Shown piece after piece: positions 29,839 through 38,996 of a stretch of 64,000 nucleotides of DNA. The translations under genes and the position numbers were made by a program. The stretch spans positions 704,001 through 768,000 of the forward strand of contig CAVXWP010000009.1 of the NCBI GenBank assembly GCA_963765495.1. The letters run 5' to 3'. A model generated the notes under the pieces. It was not told the origin of the DNA, searched no databases, and saw only the letters and a program-made list of their open reading frames with translations. The stretch's first letter is position 1. Each line of letters starts with the position of its first letter. The DNA comes from Blastocatellia bacterium. Lineage in GTDB: Bacteria; Acidobacteriota; Blastocatellia; UBA7656.

Positions 29839-30489
29839 ATGAACCTGTTGAAAGGCAACACATTCTTTGATGGGCCTGCCGGTCGCATCGAAGCCATCCT
29901 GAAAGAGCCTGACCCGCCCGTCACCCGCGCAGCAATCGTCTGTCATCCCCATCCTCTATTTGGCGGGACGATGCACAACAAGGTCGTTTACCGTATAGCG
30001 AAGGCTTTCGAGCAGGCGGGTTTTGCCGTACTGAGATTCAACTTTCGCGGCGCGGGCCGCAGCGAAGGCGCGCACGATGACGGGCGAGGCGAACAGGACG
30101 ACCTGCGCGCCGCCATCCGATTTATCGAAGAGAGATTTCCCAACGCGGAAATCTGGGTAGCCGGTTTCTCATTTGGTTCAAGCGTAATGCTTCGGGCCGT
30201 ATCGGGCGACAAGCGAATCCGCGCCATCGTAGGAGCAGGCGTTCCCGCTTCGAAATACGAATTCGATCACGTCATAGCGTGTGACAGGCCCAAGCTCTTT
30301 GTTCAGGGGTCAAATGACGAGTTCGGATCGATTGCCGATCTTGAGAATCTCTATAATCGCTTTAACGAGCCGAAACAGTTGAAAGTGATCGAAGGAGCCG
30401 ATCATTTCTTTGAAGGCCATCTGGATGAATTGCAAAAGATAGTCGCGGATTTTATACAGAGCGGAACTGATGCGCTCAATGATTCGTGA
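29839..30489 (+). CDS. alpha/beta hydrolase
   Basis: CHPHPLFGGTMHNKVV, RFNFRG, GFSFGS nucleophile elbow, GADHFF. Confidence 0.9.
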   Translation: MNLLKGNTFFDGPAGRIEAILKEPDPPVTRAAIVCHPHPLFGGTMHNKVVYRIAKAFEQAGFAVLRFNFRGAGRSEGAHDDGRGEQDDLRAAIRFIEERFPNAEIWVAGFSFGSSVMLRAVSGDKRIRAIVGAGVPASKYEFDHVIACDRPKLFVQGSNDEFGSIADLENLYNRFNEPKQLKVIEGADHFFEGHLDELQKIVADFIQSGTDALNDS

Positions 30490-30562
30490 TTCGTGATTCG
30501 TGATTCGGAGAGAGATAGCTATCTGTTAACGTTTGTTTGCCTTAAAGTCACGCATCACGCAT
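30479..30562. repeat. inverted heptamer array element (TGATTCG)4 / (TCACGCA)2
   Basis: Left arm contains the hydrolase TGA stop; right arm abuts a minus-strand TAA. Confidence 0.8.
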
Positions 30563-30612
30563 TATTCGTAGGTCAGCATCATTTCCAGTTCGGCGGGGTT
30601 TGTAGCGGCGAG
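30562..30612 (-). pseudogene. possible C-terminal remnant of a gene truncated by IS1 (LAATNPAELEMMLTYE*)
   Basis: Short coding-like frame ends at TAA 30562-30564 and stops at the IS1 left end. Confidence 0.35.
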
Positions 30613-30613
30613 T

Positions 30614-31392
30614 GGTAGTGCTAAGAAAGTAATGCTGGCTCTTTGAAAAAATCAGGGCGACCCGCTGTAATAGAAGTGTCTGACTTTTACTTACAAGGAG
30701 CCGCCCACATGAACAACCTTTGTTGCCCACACTGCCGATTATCTCATATCAAAAAGAATGGTCACACTCATTATGGCAAACAGAACTTTCAATGCCTCAA
30801 TTGCTCTCGCCAGTTCGTCGCTCAATCTCAACGCATTGACGACTCGACCAGACAACTTGTCAAACGGCTCTTGCTCGAACGTATCTCGCTTCGTGGCATC
30901 TGTCGCGTACTCGACCTCTCCCTTGAGTGACTCTTGCACTACATCGCTGAGGTTTATGACCAACTTCCTGATCATCTGTATGCCAAATCGAGCAACCCTT
31001 TTCAAACTATTCAACTACTGCGATTGAAGGCAGAAGCCGATGAAATGTGGAGTTTTGTGGGGAAGAAATCACTCAAGCAATGGATATGGCTGGCCTTCGA
31101 TCCCCAGACAAAACAGGTGCTGGCATTCTATGTAGGAGATCGAAGTCGAAACAGCGCCAGACAATTATGGAAGCGAATACCAGCGGAGTATCGTCAGCGG
31201 GCAACCTTCTACACAGACGATTGGGAAGCATACAAGGGAGTGGGCACACAAACGGGGTGGAGCGATTCAACTGCACGCTGAGGCAAAGGGTATCGAGGTT
31301 GGTGAGGGATACATTGTCATTTTCAAAGAAGTTGGAGAACCATATAGGAGCGATAAAGTATTTCATCTGTCACTATAATCAAGAGGTAGCTG
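30614..31392 (+). mobile_element. IS1-family element, degenerate; right end missing
   Basis: Left end ggtagtgctaagaaagtaatg (IS1-like GGT...); no matching right IR before the MITE at 31393. Confidence 0.75.
30709..31390 (+). pseudogene. IS1 transposase (InsA Zn-ribbon/HTH plus InsB DDE) pseudogene
   Basis: CPHC..IKKNG..GKQNFQC..C; in-frame TGA at 30928 (where W is expected); ADEMWSFVG, YTDDWEAY; frameshift/deletion near 31240 before GHTNGVERFNCTLRQRVSRL. Confidence 0.85.
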
Positions 31393-31490
31393 CTAGTGTT
31401 TCATCGCAATGATTCTGTAGAATAGATACTCTGCTTTTTCGGGTAATTCTTTGCCATTCTTCCATCAAATTCATTGCGATGAAACACTAG
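31393..31490. mobile_element. 98-bp MITE-like element with perfect 20-bp terminal inverted repeats beginning/ending CTAG
   Basis: ctagtgtttcatcgcaatga (31393-31412) / tcattgcgatgaaacactag (31471-31490). Confidence 0.75.
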
Positions 31491-31802
31491 TCCCGCAATC
31501 CAATCATCAGGGATCACTTCGCTGTCGATATCGCCACCCAGCGCCTCTTTATGAGCCCCAGCGATTGGACCCGCATGGAAGGCCCCATAAGTCAGGCCTG
31601 AACGGTGGGTCAGGAGGTCTTCAAATGTGATTGGTCGCTTTGCTGGATCCGTCAGATTGAGCGGGCCTGTGGGCGAGTGCAGGACGCGCATCTGCGAAAA
31701 CTCCGGCGCCCGACGAGTGATCGGATCGCTCAACGCGAACCGGCCTTCCTCAAACAGCATAAGTGCCACCGTAGAGGTAATCGGTTTTGTCATTGAGGCA
31801 AT
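31491..31802 (-). pseudogene. internal fragment of a serine hydrolase (beta-lactamase family)
   Basis: IASMTKPIT (SxxK)...LSDPI...ITFEDLLTHRSGL; bounded by the IS5-like IR and the MITE. Confidence 0.8.
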
Positions 31803-31803
31803 A

Positions 31804-32809
31804 GATGATCCGATAAATAAAAAATGAAGCGTGCTTGGGCGGCCCACCGTCAGATGGGCACACTTCACCCTTTGCAGTCTGCTTACATAAGGATTCGGTT
31901 GAGATGTACCAATCCGACTACTGCCGACGCTACCATCGGGAACAACCCCATTGCCAGCCGATACTTCTCTCTCATGATCTTGAATCCTTTCACTCTTCTT
32001 ATGCCGTGTTCTACATGTACCCTCACACTCGCCTTCGCTCGATTCTCCTCTCGCTCATCATCACTTAGCTCACCTCCTTTCGGCTTCTTGTGTGGTACTT
32101 CGATTCCCTCTGTGCCCTGATATCCCAAATCCCCTTGCTTGCTCGCTTCTCGATATTTCTCCCCCACTCCACTGGCTTCATATACTCGCTTATCCGATGC
32201 TGGCCCGCGATGCCCTCCTCTGATACCCAGCACTTCTCCCTTTCGATCACTCTCTACTTGGCTCTTGAGCGTGTGGCATTTCTTTTTACCAGAATATACC
32301 CGTTTTTGACGTTCATAATTGGAGGGGCGGGGTATTGGCGTCTCAAAACTGTCGATGAGAATTCGGTCAATCTCTTGGATTTTGAGGCTCGGTTCCTGAC
32401 CTCGAAACCTCTTCTGTGCCTCAAAGCGATTGGAGGGAAAGAGTTCTCTGAGCAAGGGGACAATCTCGTGAAAGAGATTCTCGGAGGTGTCGGCGCTAAC
32501 ACCAAACAAGGCTGCGACAACGCGCGTGAGCGAGGTTGTGACGCAGGTAGATGAGAACGAGCAAGACCTCCTGAGAAGGAGTGAGTTTGGGTTTTCTACC
32601 GCCACCGAGAGCGCGTTTGCGATCAGGGCGAAGAAGTTTGGCCTGTTGACGGAGATGAACCAAGACCGGCACGGTAGTAGACAACAATTGTTGAAGGGCG
32701 TTTGTCGTCATGCGGGTCAAGGCGCGGAGTCTTGCAGGTTTGAGATTGTTGATTTGTTCGATTGTCATGCGAATAGTTTACCAAAGTCCTTCTTATTCCT
32801 CGGATCATC
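31804..32809 (-). mobile_element. IS5-family-like element (HTH_Tnp_4/DDE_Tnp_4 type), about 1.0 kb
   Basis: Terminal IRs (ata)gatgatccgataaataaaaa / ttcttattcctcggatcatc(tat), flanked by TA. Confidence 0.8.
31883..32768 (-). pseudogene. transposase with one frameshift near 32520-32530
   Basis: N-terminal GGGRKPKLT..LLVLIYLRHN in one frame; IDSFE, YSGKKKCHTLK, GDLGYQG, RVHVEHGIRRVK in another. Confidence 0.8.
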
Positions 32810-32902
32810 TATTTTATAAAAATAGAATCGGTGCGAGCCATGCAACTCACGCCCTATTTTAATCATGCCCCTTTTTAATCATACCCTGCCCGTGTGGCGA
32901 AT

Positions 32903-32932
32903 TTGACACGCGCAAAAGGGCCGTGCTAGTTT
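32903..32932 (+). promoter_or_regulatory. sigma70-type promoter, probably leaderless transcript of lpxL-like gene
   Basis: TTGACA-18nt-TAGTTT with extended TG; GTG start 6 nt after the -10 box. Confidence 0.5.
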
Positions 32933-32938
32933 GACGGC

Positions 32939-33919
32939 GTGTCTGCCAAGTCTAGAACCCTCCTTCGTAATCGGCTTGAGTTTGCGCTTGCCTGGCTGCT
33001 GCTGAAACTGCTCGGATTTTTGCCTCGCAAAGGCGCAATCCTCGCAGGCCAGGCTATAGCCCGGACCATCTTTTCTCTGCATGGCAGGTTGCGCCGAACG
33101 GGACATAGAAATCTGGCACTGGCTATGCCGGAGTTGACCACAGAAGAACGCGAAAGAATTATCAGGAGTGTTTCCAGTAATCTCGGTCGCTTGCTCGGAG
33201 AGTTTTCTCAATTCCCAAAGATCACACCTGATAATATCGGCCAACTGGTTGTCTATGATGGCTTCGAGAATTATGAAAGGGCTGCCAGACAGGGTCGTGG
33301 CGTACTGCTTTTGACCGGGCATATTGGCGCATGGGAACTATGCGCTTTTGCGCACGGAGCCTACGGCCATCCTCTCAGTTTTCTGGTCCGTCCGCTTGAT
33401 AACCCCTTGCTGGATCGGTGGATCAGTCGCTATCGCGAGCTTTCAGGCAATCGCATAATAGACAAAAACCGCTCGGTCAAAGCCGTGCTGAGTTCTCTCA
33501 AACGGGGTGAAGGAGTGGGCCTGTTGATAGATGTCAACACACTGGCGGATCAGGGGGTGTTTTGCGATTTCTTCGGCATACCTGCCTGTTCGACGACGGG
33601 GCTGGCAGTCTTTGCGCTCAGAAGCGATGCGCCTGTCATCCCCGGATTTCTTATCTGGGATGAGAGACTGAAAAAATACCGTCTTCGTTTCGAGCCCGAA
33701 GTTCCTCTCGTGAAGACCGGTGATTTCAAAGAAGAAGTAGGAATTAACACTGCCAACTACACAAAGGTCATCGAAGAGTATATCCGCCGCCACCCCGACC
33801 AGTGGCTTTGGATTCATAAGCGATGGCATACGCGTCCCGAAGGCGAACCGGACCTCTACAGCCCGGGCGAGCCAGGACCTCCCACTCGCCCTTCTTTGAA
33901 GGCAGAAGCTAAGGCTTGA
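32939..33919 (+). CDS. lipid A biosynthesis lauroyl acyltransferase family (LpxL/HtrB-like)
   Basis: NLALAMPE, LLTGHIGAWE (HxxxxE), RPLDNP, FFG, PDQWLWIHKRW. Confidence 0.88.
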   Translation: MSAKSRTLLRNRLEFALAWLLLKLLGFLPRKGAILAGQAIARTIFSLHGRLRRTGHRNLALAMPELTTEERERIIRSVSSNLGRLLGEFSQFPKITPDNIGQLVVYDGFENYERAARQGRGVLLLTGHIGAWELCAFAHGAYGHPLSFLVRPLDNPLLDRWISRYRELSGNRIIDKNRSVKAVLSSLKRGEGVGLLIDVNTLADQGVFCDFFGIPACSTTGLAVFALRSDAPVIPGFLIWDERLKKYRLRFEPEVPLVKTGDFKEEVGINTANYTKVIEEYIRRHPDQWLWIHKRWHTRPEGEPDLYSPGEPGPPTRPSLKAEAKA

Positions 33920-33964
33920 CCAAATCCCTTTTGCTCGCCAGAGACCAACCGGCTTGCTCATAGA

Positions 33965-34327
33965 TTATCTGGGCTCTGTGCCTTTCCTCTTATAATCGTC
34001 CTCGAATCTGATTATGTCGTCTTCGCCCAGATACGATCCGCATTGAACCTCTATAAATATCAGAATATCTTTTCCGGGGTTCGCAATTCTATGTTTCGTC
34101 CTGACGGGAATGAATACGTCTTCATTAACCGCTCGCCTGACCTCTTCATCACCTAAGGTGACAAGGGCCTCGCCGCTCACTATTACCCAATGCTCGCTGC
34201 GCAGATCATGCATTTGCAAACTGAGGCGCTGGCCGGGTTTTACTTCAAGTCGTTTGACTTTATACCCGGGTCCTTCCGCCAGTACTTCATACATTCCCCA
34301 TGGTCGTTCATCTCTTTCCATTTCCAT
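33965..34327 (-). CDS. stand-alone mannose-6-phosphate isomerase type II C-terminal cupin
   Basis: RPWG.YEVL, LSLQMH..RSEHW, HRIANPG, IEVQ.GSYLGEDDI.RFED. Confidence 0.88.
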   Translation of the reverse strand: MEMERDERPWGMYEVLAEGPGYKVKRLEVKPGQRLSLQMHDLRSEHWVIVSGEALVTLGDEEVRRAVNEDVFIPVRTKHRIANPGKDILIFIEVQCGSYLGEDDIIRFEDDYKRKGTEPR

Positions 34328-34413
34328 AGTGCAAAATAGTGTACACCAGTTTCGGTCTTGCAGTCATAGCTGATAGAAATTCCTGAAAAATATCATGCAA
34401 GTCGGCAGGAAAG

Positions 34414-34438
34414 AAAAAGGGGATGGTTACCCATCCCC
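34414..34438 (-). terminator. intrinsic terminator after the histone-like peptide gene
   Basis: Minus strand ggggatgg-gtaa-ccatcccc followed by ttttt. Confidence 0.75.
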
Positions 34439-34482
34439 GCGTTCTCACACAGAGAACCCCCGTTTTGCGTAGCGGCAATATA

Positions 34483-34647
34483 CTATCTCTTCTTAGCGCC
34501 GGCTTTCTTAGCAGGTGCCGCTTTCTTAGCAGGTGCTGCTTTCTTAGCAGGTGCCGCTTTCTTAGCAGGTGCCGCTTTCTTAGCAGGTGCCGCTTTCTTA
34601 GCAGGTGCCGCTTTCTTGGCGTCGCCGCCTTTCTTTGCAGTTGCCAT
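34483..34647 (-). CDS. 54-aa Lys/Ala/Pro-rich histone H1-like peptide MATAKKGGDA(KKAAPA)6KKAGAKKR
   Basis: Missed by ORF track; strong RBS aaaggag, six 18-bp tandem repeats, TAG at 34483, own terminator. Confidence 0.85.
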   Translation of the reverse strand: MATAKKGGDAKKAAPAKKAAPAKKAAPAKKAAPAKKAAPAKKAAPAKKAGAKKR

Positions 34648-34830
34648 AGAGTGTGCTTCTCCTTTCCTTTAATTTTAGCTCGCACACAAGATACTGTATT
34701 ATTACCGCTCTTGTGCACTAGTCTGAATAACACACAACATATTGTTGTATATATTGACTTCACGCATGCTTGTCAACGTTTTTTTTTGGAAACAGCCCTA
34801 TTCAATCGCCTCATAATAGTTAGTGCCTTG

Positions 34831-35004
34831 AAACCGGCTGCCAGAGCCTGTTTCAGAAAGCCTCTATATTGGGGCAGCCTTAGATTCGGCACGGATGTAA
34901 TGACACGCATTTTGCTGGTTTTGGAAATTCTTGGAAACGCGAAAATGGCTCTCAGAGCCGTTTTCGCGGCACGTGCCCTGAAACGGGCTCTGGTGGCTGA
35001 TTTC
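34831..35004 (+). other. structured intergenic element (nested hairpins; MITE or ncRNA candidate)
   Basis: ccagagcctgtttcag (34841-34856) / ctgaaacgggctctgg (34978-34993); inner stem 34938-34968. Confidence 0.5.
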
Positions 35005-35108
35005 GTGCCAGCGCCTTGAAACTGGCTCCTGTCGCAAGTTTTAGGGATTGACTTCGACTTTTCAGGCTCGATTGACTTTATCTATCAGCGACGGATAATA
35101 TCCTGTCG

Positions 35109-36035
35109 ATGCAAAATCGAATGATAGATCTTCATACCCACACAGTAAACTCAGACGGCAGCGTGACACCTGAAGAACTGGTCAGGCTGGCTGCGCGTGA
35201 AGGAGCAAGCGCTGTTGCGATAACCGATCACGATACGGTGAAGGGACTTGCCGAAGGTCGGACGGCTGCCGAACGAATCGGCATCGAATTTATCAACGGC
35301 ATAGAGATCAGCGCGGAGTATTCACCGGGCACGATGCACATACTGGGTTATTATATTGATGATAATTCGTCGGATCTGAAGATGAGACTCGAAGCATTAA
35401 AGCAGGCTCGCGATAGGCGAAATCCCGAAATAGCGAATCGACTTCAATCTCTTGGACTCGATATAGACTATGAAGAGGTTGCACGCCTTGCAGGTAATGA
35501 AATAGTTGGACGTCCTCATTTTGCGCGCCTGATGGTTGAGAGAGGTTACGTTGAAAGCATTCAGGAGGCTTTCAACAGATTTCTGGCAAAGGGGGCTGCG
35601 GCCTATGTGGAGAAGGAACGATTTTCTCCAACCGAATCCATATCGCTTATCCATGATGCCGGAGGTGTTGCGGTTCTGGCCCATCCTTATCAGTTGAAGC
35701 TCTCTTCAAATAGAGAAACCGAAGAGATGATTTCCAATCTGGCGGCCATAGGGCTTGACGGAATCGAGGCCGTCTATAGCCGTCATTCCGATCTTCAGCG
35801 AAATGAATATAGCCGCATAGCAAAGCAATACGGGTTGCTCATAACCGGGGGCAGTGATTATCACGGCACATATAAGCCTGACATCAATCTGGTCAAGGGG
35901 CTGGGTGATCTTCGAGTGCCTTACGAATTGCTTGAAGAGATCAAAGCGCGAGCGGCCTTGCGAGCAAACCGTAGTCGAGGCGATAAAGAGCGGCTTGAAA
36001 AGAGCCCGGAACTCGGACAGACGGTGCCCAAATAA
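35109..36035 (+). CDS. PHP domain metal-dependent phosphoesterase (TrpH/YciV-like)
   Basis: [41 protein letters not shown]. Confidence 0.9.
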   Translation: MQNRMIDLHTHTVNSDGSVTPEELVRLAAREGASAVAITDHDTVKGLAEGRTAAERIGIEFINGIEISAEYSPGTMHILGYYIDDNSSDLKMRLEALKQARDRRNPEIANRLQSLGLDIDYEEVARLAGNEIVGRPHFARLMVERGYVESIQEAFNRFLAKGAAAYVEKERFSPTESISLIHDAGGVAVLAHPYQLKLSSNRETEEMISNLAAIGLDGIEAVYSRHSDLQRNEYSRIAKQYGLLITGGSDYHGTYKPDINLVKGLGDLRVPYELLEEIKARAALRANRSRGDKERLEKSPELGQTVPK

Positions 36036-36076
36036 GATTTAGCGGCCTTGTTTTGGGCTGCGAGGTTGGCAGACTT

Positions 36077-36973
36077 ATGCAGGAAGATTTGAACATCGAA
36101 GCACTGGTTTCGCAAATCACCGATGTGATTCTTTCACGGCTGGGCGGCGGCGGAATCACAAACGAGTGCGCCTTATGCCACGATGAGTGCTTTGTGAAAT
36201 GCCCCGACCGTATGCATTCGATAATTGCCGATGGAGGCGTGCGGTTGGGACTTACGGGCGCGGAAAGCGAAGCAGCCCGACAGGTCGCCCGATACATCGA
36301 TCATACCCTGCTCAAGCCCGAGGCAACGCGAGACGACATTCTGAAGATATGCGAGGAGGGAGCACGGTACGGGTTCGCATCGGTCTGTATAAACCCGACC
36401 TGGGTGCGCGAAGCAGCATGCGCACTGCGCGGAAGCGGGGTGAAAGTTTGTACTGTCATCGGTTTCCCTCTGGGCGCAAACTCCACCGATACGAAAGCCT
36501 TTGAGTCGAGACGCGCGATATTCGACGGCGCGACCGAACTCGATATGGTCATCAATATCGGAGCATTAAAGTCAGCCGATTATGATCTGGTTCTGCGCGA
36601 TATAAGAAGCGTTGTTGAAGTTGCGCACGAAGCCGGTTGTATCTGTAAGGTGATTATCGAGACGGCGCTCCTGACCGATGATGAGAAAGTCAGAGCGTGC
36701 GCAATAGCAAAAGAAGCGGGGGCCGATTTCGTAAAGACCTCGACCGGATTCAGCAAAGGCGGCGCAACGATTGCAGACATCGCGCTCATGAGACAGGCGG
36801 TTGGTTCCCGAATGGGTGTGAAGGCCTCAGGGGGAGTTAAAGATCTGAAGCAGGCTCAAGAGATGATTCGCGCCGGGGCGACTCGCATCGGGGCGAGCGT
36901 CGGCGTGAGGATAGTTCAGGAAGCAAGTGGCCTTGAATCTTCCGCAGGCAGCCAGGCTTCTCTCAGTTACTGA
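36077..36973 (+). CDS. deoC: deoxyribose-phosphate aldolase with N-terminal extension
   Basis: [49 protein letters not shown]. Confidence 0.92.
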   Translation: MQEDLNIEALVSQITDVILSRLGGGGITNECALCHDECFVKCPDRMHSIIADGGVRLGLTGAESEAARQVARYIDHTLLKPEATRDDILKICEEGARYGFASVCINPTWVREAACALRGSGVKVCTVIGFPLGANSTDTKAFESRRAIFDGATELDMVINIGALKSADYDLVLRDIRSVVEVAHEAGCICKVIIETALLTDDEKVRACAIAKEAGADFVKTSTGFSKGGATIADIALMRQAVGSRMGVKASGGVKDLKQAQEMIRAGATRIGASVGVRIVQEASGLESSAGSQASLSY

Positions 36974-37006
36974 CACGCCGGATCAACCACAGGATCAAAA
37001 TGCGAA

Positions 37007-37039
37007 CGGCGCGGCTTTGAAGTGTGCAAAGCCGCGTCG
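37007..37039. terminator. hairpin between convergent deoC and fabH
   Basis: cggcgcggctttg...caaagccgcgtcg. Confidence 0.55.
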
Positions 37040-37062
37040 CTTCGTCTAAGATCAGAGACTCT

Positions 37063-38064
37063 TTAGTAAGCCCAGCGGGTAAGAACGGAGCCTACCGTAT
37101 AGCCCGCGCCCACGGCGGCGAATAATACGAGGTTATCTTTTTTAAGCCGTCCGCTATCGAGCGCGTCGCCGAGCGCAAGCGGAATCGTTGCGGCGGTAGT
37201 GTTGCCGAACTTGTGAATGTTTTTTACCACCTTGTTTTCATCCAGACCAAGTTTATCGGCGGCGGCATTGATGATGCGAAGATTCGCCTGATGCGCGATG
37301 AAAAGGTCTATGTCTTTGCCTTCGAGGTTGTTGCGCTCAAGCACGTTTCGGCTTATCTCGCCCATCTTGCGAACCGCGTACTTAAAGACCGGCTGGCCTT
37401 CCTGATGAACATAGTGCATCTTCTTTTCCACGGTCTCGTGCGACGAAGGGTTCAGGCTTCCGCCGCCCGGCATGTAGAGGAACTGGCCTCCCGACCCGTC
37501 TATTTCATGCATATAATCGAGTATACCGATCTCTTCGCTTTCACTCGGCTCAAGCAAGACCGCGCCCGCGCCGTCTCCGAACAGCACGCAGGTAGCTCGA
37601 TCCTCGAAATTGATGATGCTCGACATCACATCCGCGCCGATTACCACTACCTTGCTATGCGCGCCCGATTCGATGAACTGCGTGCCAACGGTCAGCGCGT
37701 AGAGAAAACCGGAGCAGGCCGCCGAAATATCGAATCCCCACGCGCGCGAGGCCCGCACTTTGTTTTGCACCATGCAGGCGGTTGAAGGAAAGAACATATC
37801 GGGCGTGACGGTGGCAACGATGATTACCTCGATCTCGTCGGCTTCAATCCCTCGGCGCTGAAGCAGATCGCCTACAGCCTTTGCCGCCAGTTCCGAGGTC
37901 GGAGTGCCCGGCTCGACCATGTGGCGTTCGGTAATGCCCGTTCGCTCTACTATCCAGTCGTGCGTCGTCTCAACTCTTTTTGCCAGATCGTGATTGGTCA
38001 CAACCTTCGGCGGCACATAGCGCCCAAGCGCCGTTATCTTTGCTCTGCGTGTAGCTTTCATCAA
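37063..38064 (-). CDS. fabH: 3-oxoacyl-ACP synthase III
   Basis: [31 protein letters not shown]. Confidence 0.92.
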   Translation of the reverse strand: MMKATRRAKITALGRYVPPKVVTNHDLAKRVETTHDWIVERTGITERHMVEPGTPTSELAAKAVGDLLQRRGIEADEIEVIIVATVTPDMFFPSTACMVQNKVRASRAWGFDISAACSGFLYALTVGTQFIESGAHSKVVVIGADVMSSIINFEDRATCVLFGDGAGAVLLEPSESEEIGILDYMHEIDGSGGQFLYMPGGGSLNPSSHETVEKKMHYVHQEGQPVFKYAVRKMGEISRNVLERNNLEGKDIDLFIAHQANLRIINAAADKLGLDENKVVKNIHKFGNTTAATIPLALGDALDSGRLKKDNLVLFAAVGAGYTVGSVLTRWAY

Positions 38065-38273
38065 ATTATTCCTTCCCTTGAATCCTTAATACCATAACAG
38101 GTTCTGGAGTTTGCCTGAAGTAAAGCCCGATAGTAGCATCCGATTGTTTTTTGGCGCAAGCAGCGAAATAAACAGCCGAGACCGGCTAGAGCTCGCGCTT
38201 GTCGGGCGTAAGAGGGTTATGTTATAGGGTAAGTAAGACCTTACCCAAACGTTTTTGCGAAGGAGAACGCTTT

Positions 38274-38954
38274 ATGACTGAAACGACATCGAATACCAGA
38301 CCGAGCATCACGCAGTTGATTCTGATTCCAAGCGTGATAACGCTGGCTATCACGCTACTACGACTGTTTGGTGAACTAAATCACTGGTCCAGCACGTTGT
38401 TCAACCCGGCCCCCGGAGGAGCAGGGTCGCTCGTCGGCATCACATGGCTTGCGCCAATCTTCGGAGCCTATTTCGCCTGGAAACTTGCGCAGCGGGGCGA
38501 CCGGCCCGAGCATCCTGGCCGCACTATCGTTTATGCTCTTCTTGGAACCGTAGTCGTATTTGCCGGAGCCATTTTGGCATTTGCCTCGAATGGCTCTTTC
38601 TCAATTCTCAGATTAATAGCCGGGTTGCTACTTATGATGGCGGCTGCGGCAGTGCAGTCTTCCGGCTGGCCGTCGCTCTTCAAGACGCAACTGGCCTATG
38701 CATACGCGGCGCGCATCCCTGTGCTCATCGTAATGTTCATAGCAATCCAGGGCAACTGGGGGACTCATTATGATGTTGTGCCTCCGGGATTCCCCGAGAT
38801 GGGTCTGTGGCCGAAATTCCTGCTCATAGCGTTTTTGCCCCAGATGATTTTCTGGACCGCCTTTACTGTTGTAACCGGCTTGCTGTTTGGCGGCATCGTG
38901 GCGGCTCTAAGGCGCGGAGATAAGACTGCGCCGCACGCAGCAAGCGCGGCATAA
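38274..38954 (+). CDS. hypothetical membrane protein (about 6 TM)
   Basis: RBS aggag before ATG 38274; hydrophobic helices; NWGTHYD. Confidence 0.7.
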   Translation: MTETTSNTRPSITQLILIPSVITLAITLLRLFGELNHWSSTLFNPAPGGAGSLVGITWLAPIFGAYFAWKLAQRGDRPEHPGRTIVYALLGTVVVFAGAILAFASNGSFSILRLIAGLLLMMAAAAVQSSGWPSLFKTQLAYAYAARIPVLIVMFIAIQGNWGTHYDVVPPGFPEMGLWPKFLLIAFLPQMIFWTAFTVVTGLLFGGIVAALRRGDKTAPHAASAA

Positions 38955-38996
38955 ATATGATCGCGGCTTCGAGCGCAACGAAATCAGGGTTCACAA

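Noticed and set aside
30928-30930. In-frame TGA at a Trp-like position in IS1 as evidence of recoding or an alternative genetic code
   Set aside because: Many host genes here end in TGA, and the element has other lesions, so a TGG-to-TGA nonsense mutation is simpler
34501-34620. 18-bp tandem repeat as a CRISPR array, and ORFs 34308-34763 (-) and 34423-35019 (+)
   Set aside because: The repeats are contiguous with no spacers and no cas genes. The long ORFs are alternative frames of the (KKAAPA)6 gene, which has the RBS and terminator.
36165-36185. CxxCH (CALCH) in DeoC as a heme c site
   Set aside because: The protein has no export signal and c-type heme attachment occurs outside the cytoplasm; better read as part of a Cys4 motif
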